63,907 nt of DNA, taken from NCBI GenBank assembly GCA_028534125.1, contig CM052816.1:94180094-94244000 (forward strand), given 5' to 3'. This document shows, piece by piece, positions 1 to 12,660 of this stretch; positions within the stretch are counted from its first letter, which is position 1; each line of letters begins with the position of its first letter. Both the position numbers and the translations under genes were made by a program. The notes beneath the pieces are model-generated. The model worked only from the letters and a program-made list of their open reading frames with translations. It was not told where the DNA came from and ran no database searches. Origin of the DNA: Lama glama (lineage: Eukaryota).

Positions 1-2189
1 CCCAGCCTGTAAAGTCACTGCAACGTGAAGTCGTGACGACTGGCTCAGACCTCTGCGTTTATGTCCTTGCCTTTGTAGCCCCTCTCCTCCTGCTTCCAGG
101 GATCGCTCAGAGTAAAGCTTGGATTGGTACTTCCTGCACTTGGGAAACGCAGGGGACCTGTCGCCTGCTACAAGAAGTGGCAAGAGAAAGCGAAAATCCT
201 CTGAGAAGCAGGTGTGAGGCTGTGGAAGAGACCACTGGCTTGGCTTGTGTTCCACAGGATACAAGAAGCTGGAGGTGAATGTTGAGTCCTAGAGACTTGG
301 AATAACTGGCAAGCCAGCACCCAGAACAAGGAAGCATCTCTCCAGGTAAAATGAGCGGCGGCCAAGAGAGGCAGAGTCATGGAAAAGAGCACAGAGTTCA
401 CTAAGGGGCCAGAAGACAGTGAATTCCTAAATCTGCCTGTTCAAGAAGGACCTGCCACTCTGCTCATCTCTGCCTGGTTCCTGGAAAAGTCAGAAATGGA
501 CCTGCAGGCTTGCGGGGTGCGGGGTAGAGGACACTGGTAGGCAAAAGAGCAAAGACCCATAGTGCTGGAGCCCACTCTCAGGGGGCTGGAGCTGGCAAAG
601 CTGTAACAAAATGTGGAGTCAAGTTCCTGATCGTTAACACCTTGGAGTGAACATTCTAAGTGTGACATGTGACTGTATTTGTGACGTAAAGTGACCAATG
701 AACTTTTTCTTACCAAAGAGAAAGCAGATAGGCGAGGGGCTCTCCCAGAGTTTCCATCCTCTGATGGGGGAAGGTTTCACCTTTCAAGGGGCTCAGCGTA
801 CCTGAGAGCTGCTATGTTAGTCATCACTTAGGCCATGCCCAGATTGTCCCATTGAATGGACCACATACTCAAATGATAGGCGCTGGAGGAGGTGACCTAC
901 ATCAACCCTTCCAGACTAGAGGGGCACATTTGTCTTAGGCCACTTTGTGTCTCTTCTCTGCCCCCCAAGAGCTCCATGCAGTATCAAAGGTGGCTGAATT
1001 AGAACGATTCACCATGTCCCTCTCCCCCATTTCAGTAAAAGGCTTTTTATGTTGGAACAACTCAAAAGGGAAAACGCAGGGACCCACAATTTAATGACAC
1101 CATTTTGAGCATCCTGATGTAAAATGACGCCAAGGTCATCGCTATGTGGTCTGGAGTCTGAGGGAGGAAATGTTCAGTTTAGAGAGGAAGGAAGTGGAGG
1201 GGAGGGTCCAGGAGACCCTTTTAACTTTCCAGAGGACCCAGTTCCACCAGGGATGAGGAACCTGCAGGGACAGAGCCACCAGCTGCCGTGGTGAAGGACC
1301 CACTTAAACTGCCCCCGGTCTAGTGTTCCCGCAGGACATTTCCTAAAAAAGCCAGCAGCAGCTTATCTTTCGGGGTCTCCTTAATCACTGAAATCCAGTT
1401 CCCTGCAAAGGCTCCATTCGCTTTTCTTCCAGACTCTTTGGCCCTCTGCCCAAACCACCTCTTAAAATTCTGTGAGAGTGTGGACTTGCATTAGGTGTAT
1501 AAAATCCCATGAAAAAATCATGCTTTGATTTGAAATGCCCGTGTAATCAGAAATAAAATCCAGCGCATAATTCTAAGAGAAAATAGGTCAGAGTCCCTGG
1601 CGTAGATTTGTGGATATGAGATCAGTTTCCTATCCCCACTTCTACCCCCCACATCCTGCAGGTACTCACACTCCCACAAACGCACACGCACACACAGGAC
1701 ATTTGCTTGGATTTTCCCTGGGGGATGAAAGCATTAAGGATTACATGACACATGCCAGGTAACTTACCATTGATCTTCCATTTCTGGAGTGGACGTGGGG
1801 AAGTCACAGGGGTCTCTGTGACCCCCTGAGGGCACGCATGGGTCATTAACGGGTGTGTGCATTTTTCTTATCAATCATAATTGCAAGTCATTTACATAGG
1901 CATGTCTACTTAGAAGAATTTGCTTCTAGTTCCTGTGTAATTTTTAAAAATATATGTTAACCCTCTCTTTGAAAATAACCAACTGAATGTCTCATTAAAA
2001 GGAAAGACACTATTAGCCATGTGTGTGAGAATAACAGGCCAGCTGTATTTTTGGTTATAGAACCCAGATGAGTAGTTCCCTGCTGGTATAAACCATCCTT
2101 CCGTGACCAGCACCAGGATTTGGAGCTAACAGTCACAAGAAGAGGTTTTAGTGTTTGTTTGTTTTTTTAATTAATTTGACCATAAATCT

Positions 2190-2310
2190 CCAGAATCCTT
2201 ACAGCCAAGAGGAGAAATATAGCTCAATCTCCCCACTTATGGGGAAAAGCTGAGACTCAGAAACTGAGGTGACTTAGTTCAACTGATTATTTCCAGGCTC
2301 TCCGACCCTC
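2190..2310 (-). mobile_element. MIR SINE fragment
   Basis: Degenerate MIR core in reverse: ...tctccccacttatggggaaaagctgagactcagaaactgaggtgactt... Boundaries approximate. Confidence 0.5.
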
Positions 2311-3015
2311 TTCTCCATGACTAGTTGGGAATGTTTATAAAACAAGATTAGGCACACATTTAGATTCACACACGTTGCTATGCTCGGCATAATTGTTAAA
2401 TTGCTTTATGAATGTTTCTGATATGCATACATTTTAGTCTGTGAATCTGGGGAGTAGATTGTTAAAACAATAGTTTTCTACAAGTGTGATCAGAGATTTC
2501 TTGTGCAATCTGCTACCAAGATGGTACCCTGCATTTTATAAGGCTCACATCTTTTTTTTTTAACTTACTGAAATTCACCCAATCGAATATGGATAGTGAA
2601 ATGTCAAGCTGATTTTAAAATGGAGACATCCCTTCTCTGAATTTTTAAATATTCCAACTGCAAAGCAGAAGAGATTTTATTGTTATAGAGCCAAATGTCT
2701 TAGTTACAAACACATTTCTAAAAGAATTTTAACTTGTGTATAGTGTCACGTAGAAAATGAATTATGTTTAAGAACCAGGTGAGCTGTTTGCATTGCAGGT
2801 AAATAGAAAAGTGTCAGTGATTGCTTTGTGAAAATTGAAAAAAAAAGTGAACAAATATATAAGCATATTAAAGGAACACTAAAACGAAAATTGTCACTAT
2901 TTCTAAAGAATAGCCATGTGAACAGAGACACGTGTTCCATACCTGTTTGATCAATCATGCACTGGCTTAGAGTGACTTGCAGAAACTTTGAACAGCAAAG
3001 GGTTTTAAACAATAT

Positions 3016-3457
3016 TGTGTTAGTTTCCTTAGAGATGCTGTAACAGAACCACAAACTGAGGCTTAAAACCACACAAATTTGCTCTTGTACAGTTCTTGGG
3101 GCCAGAAGTCTGCAATCAGTTTCACTGGGATAAAGTTAAGGTTTCAGGAAGGCTGGTTCTATCTAGAAGCTCCAGCGGAGAATCTATTTTGAACTGTTTC
3201 TTCTGTTTCCAAAGGCCATCCCCATGCCCTGGCTCCTGTCTGCATCACTGTAAGTCACATCGCCTTCTTCTCCACTGTAGTCAGATCTCCCTCTGGTTCT
3301 CTTTTTAGGACACTTGGGATGGCAGTTGCCCACTCAAATAAATCCCGATCTCAAAGCACTTACTTGCACCTACAAAGCCCCCTTTATTACAGGAGGCTGT
3401 TTACAGGTTCCAGGGATTAGCATGTGGGTCTTGGGGGGTTATTATTTATCCACCACA
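3016..3457 (-). mobile_element. MaLR LTR, MLT1D/MLT1E-like solo LTR
   Basis: Starts tgtgttagtttcc...gctgtaacagaaccacaaact, has cagttcttggggccagaagtctgcaatcagtttcactggg, and ends ggttccagggattagcatgtggg...ccaccaca. Typical reverse-complement MLT1 layout. Confidence 0.8.
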
Positions 3458-4340
3458 GAAATGTTGGAATTATTCCTACTGTGCAGGCTGGGACGTGCAG
3501 TTAGAATTCCCTAAAGTCTCTAAACTAGAAGGAAGTCGAACCCTCTGTGTCCCCGTCAGTCCTCAATTGCATCGGTGATGCTAGAAAAGTTGTCCTTAAG
3601 TTTATGCCAATAATTTATTGAACCTGTAACATCACTAGAAACAGTGATTTTGTCCAGGAAAGAGCAGATTATTTATCTGTGAATCTTTTCCTAGACAAGC
3701 CCTTGGGAGGGATTTTTAAACTGCACCAAGAGAAGGCTAACATTGATCTTTGAAGCTATTCATTAGTGAACTCATTATTGGCAGGTAACGATCCCCTGAT
3801 TGAAACAAAAAGCCCTAAATGCTGGGCCAGATTAGCCAAATGATGACAAAGACTGAGAGAGAAACTCGGCTTTTGGATAACTTGATCAGTGGCAGAAAAG
3901 CATAATTATTCTATTTTTTTAAATTAAAGCACCAACTAATTAAAAGATTTGACTGTGTAGATGGGTGTGAGATCCAAGACGTTTATTTTGTAGACCTGTA
4001 TACTTTATAGTGAAGTATTTGAACAGTTGGTAAATTATGCACCAGATTAAGATTTATGATAACTATAACTGATTTTTCCAAGAGAAAGATAACTTTTTTC
4101 AATGATAGTTATTTTGCTAAATTTCCTATACCTCTTTACTCTCTCCTGCAGGCAGAGCTTTAGCAAGACACATGGAATTTTTCCCCCGGTAAGAAGGAAG
4201 GTTCATATTTACAACTGCAGATTCTGTATAAAATACTTTCCAAAGGTATCTGTGTAGAATCCTATTACAGCACCTGCAAAACAGCTGTGTTGGTGGAACT
4301 GGGGACTGATCGAGCCAACACTCACAACTGTTTTTGAAAA

Positions 4341-4444
4341 GGGGCAGAGGAAAAGAGAAAGGAGGAGAAGGAAGAGGGGAGGCGGGAAGGACGGAAAGGA
4401 AAGGTGGGAGAGAGAGAGGGAGGGAAGGAGGGGAGAGAAAAAGA
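4341..4444 (+). repeat. Purine-rich (GA/GGA/GGAA) low-complexity tract
   Basis: About 100 nt of almost pure A/G, seen directly. Confidence 0.9.
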
Positions 4445-6299
4445 GGCTTCTTACGACATTAACTAAATTGGAACTTTCGTCTGACTCTTTCTAGAAATGA
4501 TGGCAACTTTAGTGACTTTAGGCAGCCAAATCCCCAAAGAAGAAAGGCTTTTTACTCTAAAAATGGTAGACAACTCTCTCTACTGATTAAGGAGAGAGGT
4601 GTGTTTCCCATATTCTCATATTATCCATATGCCAAGTTAATTCTGGAGGTGAATCCAATTAAAATGCTCAGGTGAATCATTTCTGTGCATTTACTATATG
4701 AAATGTGGCTCTATTATCACTGATAAAGCAGAAGTATAAAATCAAAGTTAAAAATGATGACTCTTTCAGATTACTTAACAGTTAAAAAAATAATAAATAG
4801 TTTTTCACAATTAAATTTCCCCCAAGCATACCAACTTATTCAAATTTTGTAGGCATGAAATTAATTTGGAGAGAAAGTTTGCAGAGTCATTTTTTGCCCA
4901 CATCTGTATTATTAAATGTTTAGTTTTAATTGACTGCAAATAACCAGAAAGTTCCAGGTTACAATAAAATAATGTGATATTAACATCATAGCAAAAGTAC
5001 CACAATGGCTTCAGTGCTCAAAACAACCATTACCCAAAAAATGGTCATAATATAAAAGTTGTGCTTTAAAAGAAATAAAGTATGGAATAATCTTGAAATA
5101 AAATGTATATAACAGCTCAACAAATAAAATATGGAAAACGCTTGAAATAAAATGTACGTATCAGAAATAATTATGAACTCCTACAGTGATGTAAGTTGAC
5201 TTATAGCCTACTTACAGCTTTCCTTCAATGAATCACAACAAGCGATTAAATTCCACACTTAATTAAAGTTGAATTTATTGCATTTTAATTTAGGAAATGA
5301 AAAGTAGGGCATTTTTTTCTAGAAATCAACAACTTTACAATAAAGATAAGCTGAATTATACGTGTTTTTCCCTTTTATTTCCCCTAATTATGTTGATGAA
5401 TATTGCAAATGTATGTGAAGACATATACTGATCGAATTTCCTTCCCAAAGTGCCTAATGTAACCTTCCTTGTATCCTACAGAAGTTAGGGTCCCCATGGT
5501 TCGTGAGAGCACTAAATTAATTGTTGGTAAAATACTTAGAAGATAAAAAGCCTATAAGTGCTAACAATCAATTAGTATTTCTATTATAAGCATGACCTTG
5601 AAAGATGAAAATTGTAGCTCACACAATTAAATGTTGGCTATTCTTAGCAGCTATAACTACGTCAGTGAAGCATCAGATTTTAGACTGAACAAAGAGAAAG
5701 TGTTTTCTACATACATTCCATCTTCAGAATGAGAAGCAGCAAACTGTCTTACGTGCATAATTTACCTATGATATCCTACCTGTATAAATACACACATACA
5801 ATTTCAGTCATGGTCATTAATACTCTGATTGTCTAAGGACTGAGATAAATTAACCAGGCTGTAGCTAACCCAACTAGTAATAAAAGTTGGCAAGAAAAGG
5901 ATATATGTGGCATTTGAAATAAGTATCAGTTTAAACGTCTCCATAAAAATGTTATTTCATAATTTTCTGCAATGGAAGTAAGTTCTGTTTTGACCTTTAT
6001 AGGGCGGAGGAGATAATTTTAGTCAATTTGGATTCTTCCCATTCTACCAAAATTCTGGAAAACCGAACGAACAACCTGAGAAGCAGCGTGCTATGTGTGT
6101 GGCAGGTGCATTTTTCTGTTTCTAATCCATCAGTTTTGGCACTGTTTGTGTCTGATCTATGAGGGTTTCTTTGAGCATGCTTGTTGCTACCAAAAATGTC
6201 CTATTCTTGAGAAGAGGGCACAGAGCTTTCCTGCCCTAGGAATCTCAACACTTCTTTTATTCAATCATTGTTTCTAGCAATTGTTTGAGGTTTCGTTTT

Positions 6300-7450
6300 G
6301 AGAAAACAGAGAAAAATACTACAAAACACAAAAACAGTATAAAAATTCTACTTGCCAACAATCCTCAATTTCTGTTTGTTCACATTTTGTTACTTTATCT
6401 TCCTTTGAGTGTTTAGTCTGAAGCATCATAGATAAAGTTAAAGTCATTTAATCCCCACTCACCAGTTTCATTTTGCTTCCCGCTTTGCAGACGCAGACTT
6501 CCAAGTTCCTATTCTCACATCTAGAAATGTAAAGGTCAACAATTTTATCATTGTTTTTGTTTGTGCACAGCATAAATGCTACCTGTCTATTCACGTCATT
6601 CTGCAACTTATCTGTTTTTACTAAATATATTTCTGCAATTTACTCCAGATTACAGTTGACCCTTGAGCAGCACAGGTTTGAATCGTGTAGGTCCACTTAC
6701 ATGTAGTTTTTTTTCAATACGAAATATCATAATACTACAGACTTTGTGGTTGGCTGAATCCATGGATACCAAATAATGGATTCAGAGGGCAGACTATAAA
6801 TTATATGAAGATTTTGAGCTACACAAAGGGTGGGCACCCATAAGCCCCCTGCCACGTTGTTCAAGTGTCAACTACACATATTCATTTATGGTGCTACTGT
6901 GCAGTCTTCCCCCGTATTAAGAAGGTAGCATTTGAATATCTATAGCCTTTTGCATATTAATGGTCATTGTTTGGTATTGTTATCACAAACAATCTTTATA
7001 ATCAGTGGCACACACCGAAGTTCTATTGGGTTTAACTCAAATATAGCAAACTTTTCCTTCAAAGTTTATGCTTTGTATTCTGTCTTTAGGAAATCTTTGT
7101 CAACCTTGAGATAAAAAAAGTATCTTCCTATACTTTCTTGTATTTTAATAATATTTTAAACATTAGCTATTGTTTCAGTTTGGACTTTTTTGTGGGTACA
7201 TGGGTAAAGTAGAAATCTAGTTCACTTTTTCCCATGTACAGAGCAATTTGTTCCAATACTAGTTGTTGAATAGAGGATTTTTTTTAACAACTGTTTTGTA
7301 AAACTAACGTCTGTCATATGTGAAGTTCACATATATCCATGGATTGCTTTCTCATTTATATTTGACTGATACATTTGTCTATGTCTTTTTTGAGTCCACT
7401 ATATTTCAGTCATTACAGCTTCCAATTAGCCTTGAAATTGGAATTAACAA
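6300..7450 (-). mobile_element. Ancient L1 (L1ME-like) fragments, interrupted by a Tigger MITE
   Basis: Degenerate reverse L1 ORF2/3' motifs such as gctttgtattctgtctttaggaaatctttg and agcaatttgttccaatactagttgttgaatag. Confidence 0.55.
6653..6874 (-). mobile_element. TcMar-Tigger MITE, Tigger2a_Art-like (222 bp)
   Basis: TIRs CAGTTGACCCTTGAGCAGCAC...GTTGTTCAAGTGTCAACTA, preceded by TA at 6651-6652. Internal sequence matches my recall of the artiodactyl Tigger2a derivative. Confidence 0.8.
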
Positions 7451-7557
7451 CTGCACATCCCCCACATACCTACATCATTGATGATTTCTAACTAATTTTA
7501 GAATAATTTTTTCTCCTTTTTCAGTTTTATCAGGTAGAATTATTACAGTTAGACTGC

Positions 7558-7914
7558 ACAAACACAAAAGTCACACATACAGAGAACAAATTGGTGGTTG
7601 CCAGAGGGGAGGGGGGTTGGGAGTGGGCAAAATGGATGAACGGGATCAAGAGGTAAAACTTGCAGTTATAAGTACAGCATGGAAACAGTAGTCAACGACA
7701 CTGTTGGCAAATTTGGAAGTTGCTAAGAAAGTAAATCTTAAAAGTCCTCATCACAAGAAAAAAAAAAAAGTGTAACTTTGTGTGCTGACAAGTGGTAATT
7801 AGATTCGTCGTGGTGATCAATCGCAATGTAAGCACATGTCAAATCATTACGCGGCCTGCCTGAAACTAATAAAATGCTGTACGTCAATTATGCCTAAATA
7901 AGAAATAGGAAAAA
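7558..7914 (+). mobile_element. L1MA9/L1MA10-like 3' end
   Basis: Contains gagaacaaattggtggttgccagagggg, gttgctaagaaagtaaatcttaaaagtcctcatcacaag and cctgaaactaataaaatgctgtacgtcaattat, followed by an A-rich tail. Confidence 0.8.
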
Positions 7915-9199
7915 TTACATTAAATTCAATGTTAATGCTACTCAAATTGCATGTCAGTGTCCATTTAATACATTTCACTCATTTGGTTCAATTGCACGTA
8001 TCCCCAAAAGTGTTGTGCCTTAGGCCTTGTTCCAGATCACGTGAGATTTAATGTACAAATAAATAGACTGCCTGTCTAAAATTTGGGGCTAAAATGACAC
8101 ACTTTTTTAGATGGCCTAGTTTTAGGACTACAGTGATAACAAATAGATAAAAACAGACTTTCAAGTCAAAAACTTAGACTATCAAGCCTCTCCATTAAGC
8201 GCTTCAAGAATGGAAATGTGACACCTTTTGAATTCTGATTTCTCTTCCCAATAGTATGCAAGCAATTTATTAAAATATGCTCACATAGAATTGCATTTTT
8301 AAAACACAATGTAAGAAATTATTAGAAGTGATGCATTTCAATGTTGAATACTCAGCCACTATCCAAGCCGCATGTTATTCCATGTTGTGAAACATCGGTG
8401 TCTTCACTGTCCTAAATTGCTTGTGAGATGTTTACATGATCTTGAGAATATCATCTTCCATGCTAAACCGATCGATCTCTCGGGAAAAAAAAACTCTTAA
8501 CTCTCCTTTGAGTATAAACATGATGATATTGGTCCAAATGAGATTCCTATGCAAGTGAATTTAGATTATTATTCACTTCCAAGACTTTTAAATAGTGGTA
8601 TTGACATGGAAATGAATACCATGCTAAAAAGGGTTTTCTGCTCCTACATGTGAGGCAATGGTTAAATTAATTACCATGGTAAGTTTTACAATTTTCTGAA
8701 AATATAATATATAGCAAAAAATATTGTTCAATTAGTGTCTAAATAGCATAGGTTCAAATTCCATTGGTTTGTCCAAAAGTATTTTTCCATCTTTACCTTC
8801 CTTTCCTTTTTATATATTCTAGCAAACCTCCAATCAATCAAAATACGAATTATGCTAGGCCAACTCCCTGTAACTTCACGCCTGTATTGATTTATTGCCA
8901 CTTTTCCCTTCACCAGAAATAATTTTCTCTTTCCCAATGTTTCCCAGACAGACTCTGCCCAAATGTCATATCATCCTCTGAAAATTCATTACATTTGTTA
9001 ATATGTATAAAGCAAATCTTTCATAAGCTATATGAGGGCAGATTTTAATGAAAAGGACATTTTGTTTGATTTTACTTTAGCAAATAATAATATCAAATAA
9101 GATCTTTTTCCCTCCAAGATATTCAGGCTTCCTTCAGTTCCATCATTAGAGCCGTCTGTTTTCCCGCTGCAGGCTCCCTGGATTTTAACTGAACCCCTG

Positions 9200-11160
9200 A
9201 TTCTCCATCTCCAAGTCACCCCTGACGTTTCCCAAGATCCCCAGGTCCACATCCGTGCCTGGTTGTTGCCGAGTTCCATGCTAAAGTTCCACGAGCAACA
9301 CAAAGTTTTTACTTTTTAATTGAAGTTGATTTACAATGTTTCGGGTGCATAGCAAAGTGATTCACTTTAATACATATATTCTTTTTCAGATTCTCTTTCA
9401 TTGTAGGTTATTACAAGCTACCGAATATATATCCCTGTGCTATATAGTAGGTCCTTGTTGTTTATCTATTTTATATATAGTAGTGTGTATCTGTTAATCC
9501 CAAATCCTTAATTTATTCCTCCCCTCTTTCCCCTTTGGTAATCATAAGTTTGTTTTCTATGTCTGTGAGTCTCTGTTTTGTAAATAAGTTCCTTTGTATC
9601 ATTTTTTTTTAGATTCCATATGTAAATGATATCATATGATATTTGTATTTATCTGACTTACTTTGCTTAGCACGATAACCGCTAGGTCCATCCATGTTGC
9701 TATAAATGTCATTATTTCATTCTTTTTTATGGCTGATTCCATTATACACGTTCCAGTAGTATTCCATTATGTATATTCTTTATTCATTCATCTGTCAATG
9801 GACATTTAGGTTCCTTCCACACCTCAACTATTGTAAAAAGCGCTGCTACAAACATTGGGGTGCAAGTGTCTTTTTGGTTTAGAGTTTTCATCTTTTCTGG
9901 ATGGATGCCCATGAGTGGGGCTGCTGCATCATATGGTAACTCTAGTTTTAGTTTTTAAGGACTCTTCCTACTCCTCTATAGTGGCTGCACCAGTTTATAG
10001 ACACACAGATCAATGGAACAGGATAGAAAGCCCAGAAACAAACCCACACGCTTATGGGCAGTTAATCTACAACCAAGGAGGCAAGAATATACAATGGAGA
10101 AAAGACAGTCTCTTCACTAAGTGGTGCTGGGAAAACGGGACAGCTTCCCGTAAAAGACTGAAATTAGAACACTCTCCAACACCATATACAAAAATAAACT
10201 CAAACAGCTTAAAGACCTAAACATAAGACCTGATACGATAAAACTCCCAGAGGATAACATAGGCAGAACACTCTGACATAAATCATAGCAATATTTTTTT
10301 TGATCTGTCTCCTAGGCTAATAGAAACAAAAGCAAAAATAAATGGAACCTAATTAAGCTTATACGCTATTGTACAGCAAAGAAACCATAAACAAAACAAA
10401 AAGACAACCTACAGACTGGGAGAAAATATTTGCAAACTATGCAGCTGACAAGGGATTAATTTCCAAAATATACAAACAGCTTATACAGCTCAATATCAAA
10501 AAAAAAACAATCAAAAATGGACAGAAGACCTAAATAGACATCTCTCTAAAGAAGACATTGAGATGGCCAACAGGCACATGAAAAGATGCTCAGTCTTGTT
10601 TATTATTAGAGAAATGCAAATCAAAACTACAATGAGGTGTCACCTCACATTGGTCAGAATGGCCGTATCAAAAAGTCTACAGGTAATAAATGCTGGAGAG
10701 GGTATGGAGAAAAGGGAACCCTCCTACATTGTCAGTGGGAAAGCAACACAATTTAACCAGCTCAAGTCTGAGTCCACTATCCTTTACCCATAAAATTGCT
10801 ACTGTTGCTGGTGCTGACACAGTTTCAGTAACCAAACCCCAAAACTTGGAAGTCATTCTAAAGTCTTCACCTTCCCAGCCTCCCCTATTCACCACCAGAA
10901 TCTCTGGATTTTCCTTCATATCTAATCAGCTTGTGTCTATTCTCTTTGTCATCATCATTGCCCCTCCTTAGCTCAGGACCACTGTGTGGTTTTATTAAAG
11001 TGACTGCAGTAACTCTTTCCTTCATTTTCACCGTGACTTCACTTGACTCCAGTCCATCCTGCAAACTGTTTTCACCCCAAACCATTTCTAAGCTGCCCAT
11101 CTGTTATTGAAGAGACCTGCTTTAAACTCTCCATTAACTTTCTGTTGCCCTCAGAAAATA
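9200..11160 (+). mobile_element. L2 LINE fragment split by a younger L1 insertion
   Basis: Flanks 9200-9293 and 10752-11160 join into L2-like sequence (caatttaaccagctcaagtctgagtcc...aaccccaaaacttggaagtcattct...cctgctttaaactctccattaactttctgttgccctcag). Confidence 0.6.
9306..10741 (-). mobile_element. Artiodactyl-type L1, 5'-truncated with 5' inversion (twin priming)
   Basis: 9306-~9997 is the L1 3' end and T-tail on the minus strand. ~9998-10741 is ORF2 on the plus strand ([43 protein letters not shown]). TSD AGCAACACAA at 9294-9303 and 10742-10751. Confidence 0.92.
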
Positions 11161-12660
11161 TTTAACCTCCAACTATTATGAATAACTCTCCAAAATCAGG
11201 CTTTTTGTTTTTGCTGAACATTTTCTCAAAAATACTTCCATAAAAACAGTGATTTCTCAAAAATGTTTAAGATGCTTTGACAGAATTTAGAATATAGGAT
11301 AAAAATCATGTTCTCTTTCAAAGGTGTGGTGTGAAGATCATTAGTGTGGTTGATTAAGGACAATCCCTCATTTATTAAATGTCACAAAGTAGAGTTAATA
11401 AGGTTGACATTATTTCTCCAATATTTAACAACAGTAACCATGATTTTTAGATAATTGGATGATCCTCTACCTTCCTCAAGTTGGCTCATACCAACGGAAC
11501 AAATGACTGAAATCTCTGAGGCTTCACACCTGACACCATTACTCAGAGCATTGGGCATAGAAAACTTTCAAGCGAGTGTTACCTATCAAGAGACCTGGCA
11601 CCAGACAAATCTCATTAATGATCTCACTTAAGTTTTGATTTTGTTCACTGTAGCTCCAGGAGGAAGTCACAGTGTAATTTACTTGACAGCTATACAGATG
11701 TACTTAGACTAGACGTAAGGTAAGAAATTGTGGGGCAGTATTTACAATATTGTTTGTTTGGGGTTACTTTTGATTTATTCTTGCAGAAAATATTTAGATA
11801 AAGTCATTTATTTAAAGAAGACACTCCTCTTTCCTCAGTATATACAATAACATTTGTCTTTCTAATCCCAGTAAAACTGGGGTGTACGACCATGTGACCT
11901 CAAGCCATTTCAGATGACAAAGATGCATGCCAACAACAATGTAGAGGAGAGGAGGCATTATAACTCTGAGATGATAAAGGCATATATCTGTGTACCTTCT
12001 CCTGTCTGCAAACAATGAAAACTTTGAGGGAATGAGAAAGAGGGACATTTATAACCAAATTTATAGTATCTATGTAGAAGGACTGACAAGGTCACTAAAA
12101 TTATGGGTGAGAGATAGAGGACCGAAGGGAGGACCTCTGGCTTGAGGAATCCTATAGAATCTCAGAGAAAAGAGCTCTCCAATTGGTGGCCCCATCTGAA
12201 GGACAAAAGCAAAGACCTTTTGTTTGAAACAGGTTGCAGATACAGAGAATGCCAGGGGAGCTACCCAGAACCCAGTTGGATGGTATGGCATGTTTAGGGA
12301 GGTAGGTAAGAGGACAGAAATCTCTAGGCAGCCCACTGGGCTAGACACAGACAAGAAGGCCCCCTGGTGGTGGTGCATAGCATTGCACTTCTAATCTTGG
12401 TCAGCTGAGATTTATCAAAGGTAACTCATCTCCCTTGTGCACTCAATACATGCTTATTCGACTGTGTCTTATGTGCCAAGCATTAGTCTTTGGGGTAACA
12501 TGAATAGGCTCCACAGACAACTCTCTCTGCCTCTCTGATCTCCCTCCCTTACATACAAACACATATACACACATAGAGTCACACTGGGTTTTAAAGAAAG
12601 GCTTGGAATCTTCCTGAAGGCATTTCTGTACATTATGATTATTTACATGTATGTCCCACA

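Noticed and set aside
9915..10793. ORFs with real protein similarity ([10 protein letters not shown]..., [12 protein letters not shown]...)
   Set aside because: Disrupted L1 ORF2 remnants inside the inverted L1, not host genes.
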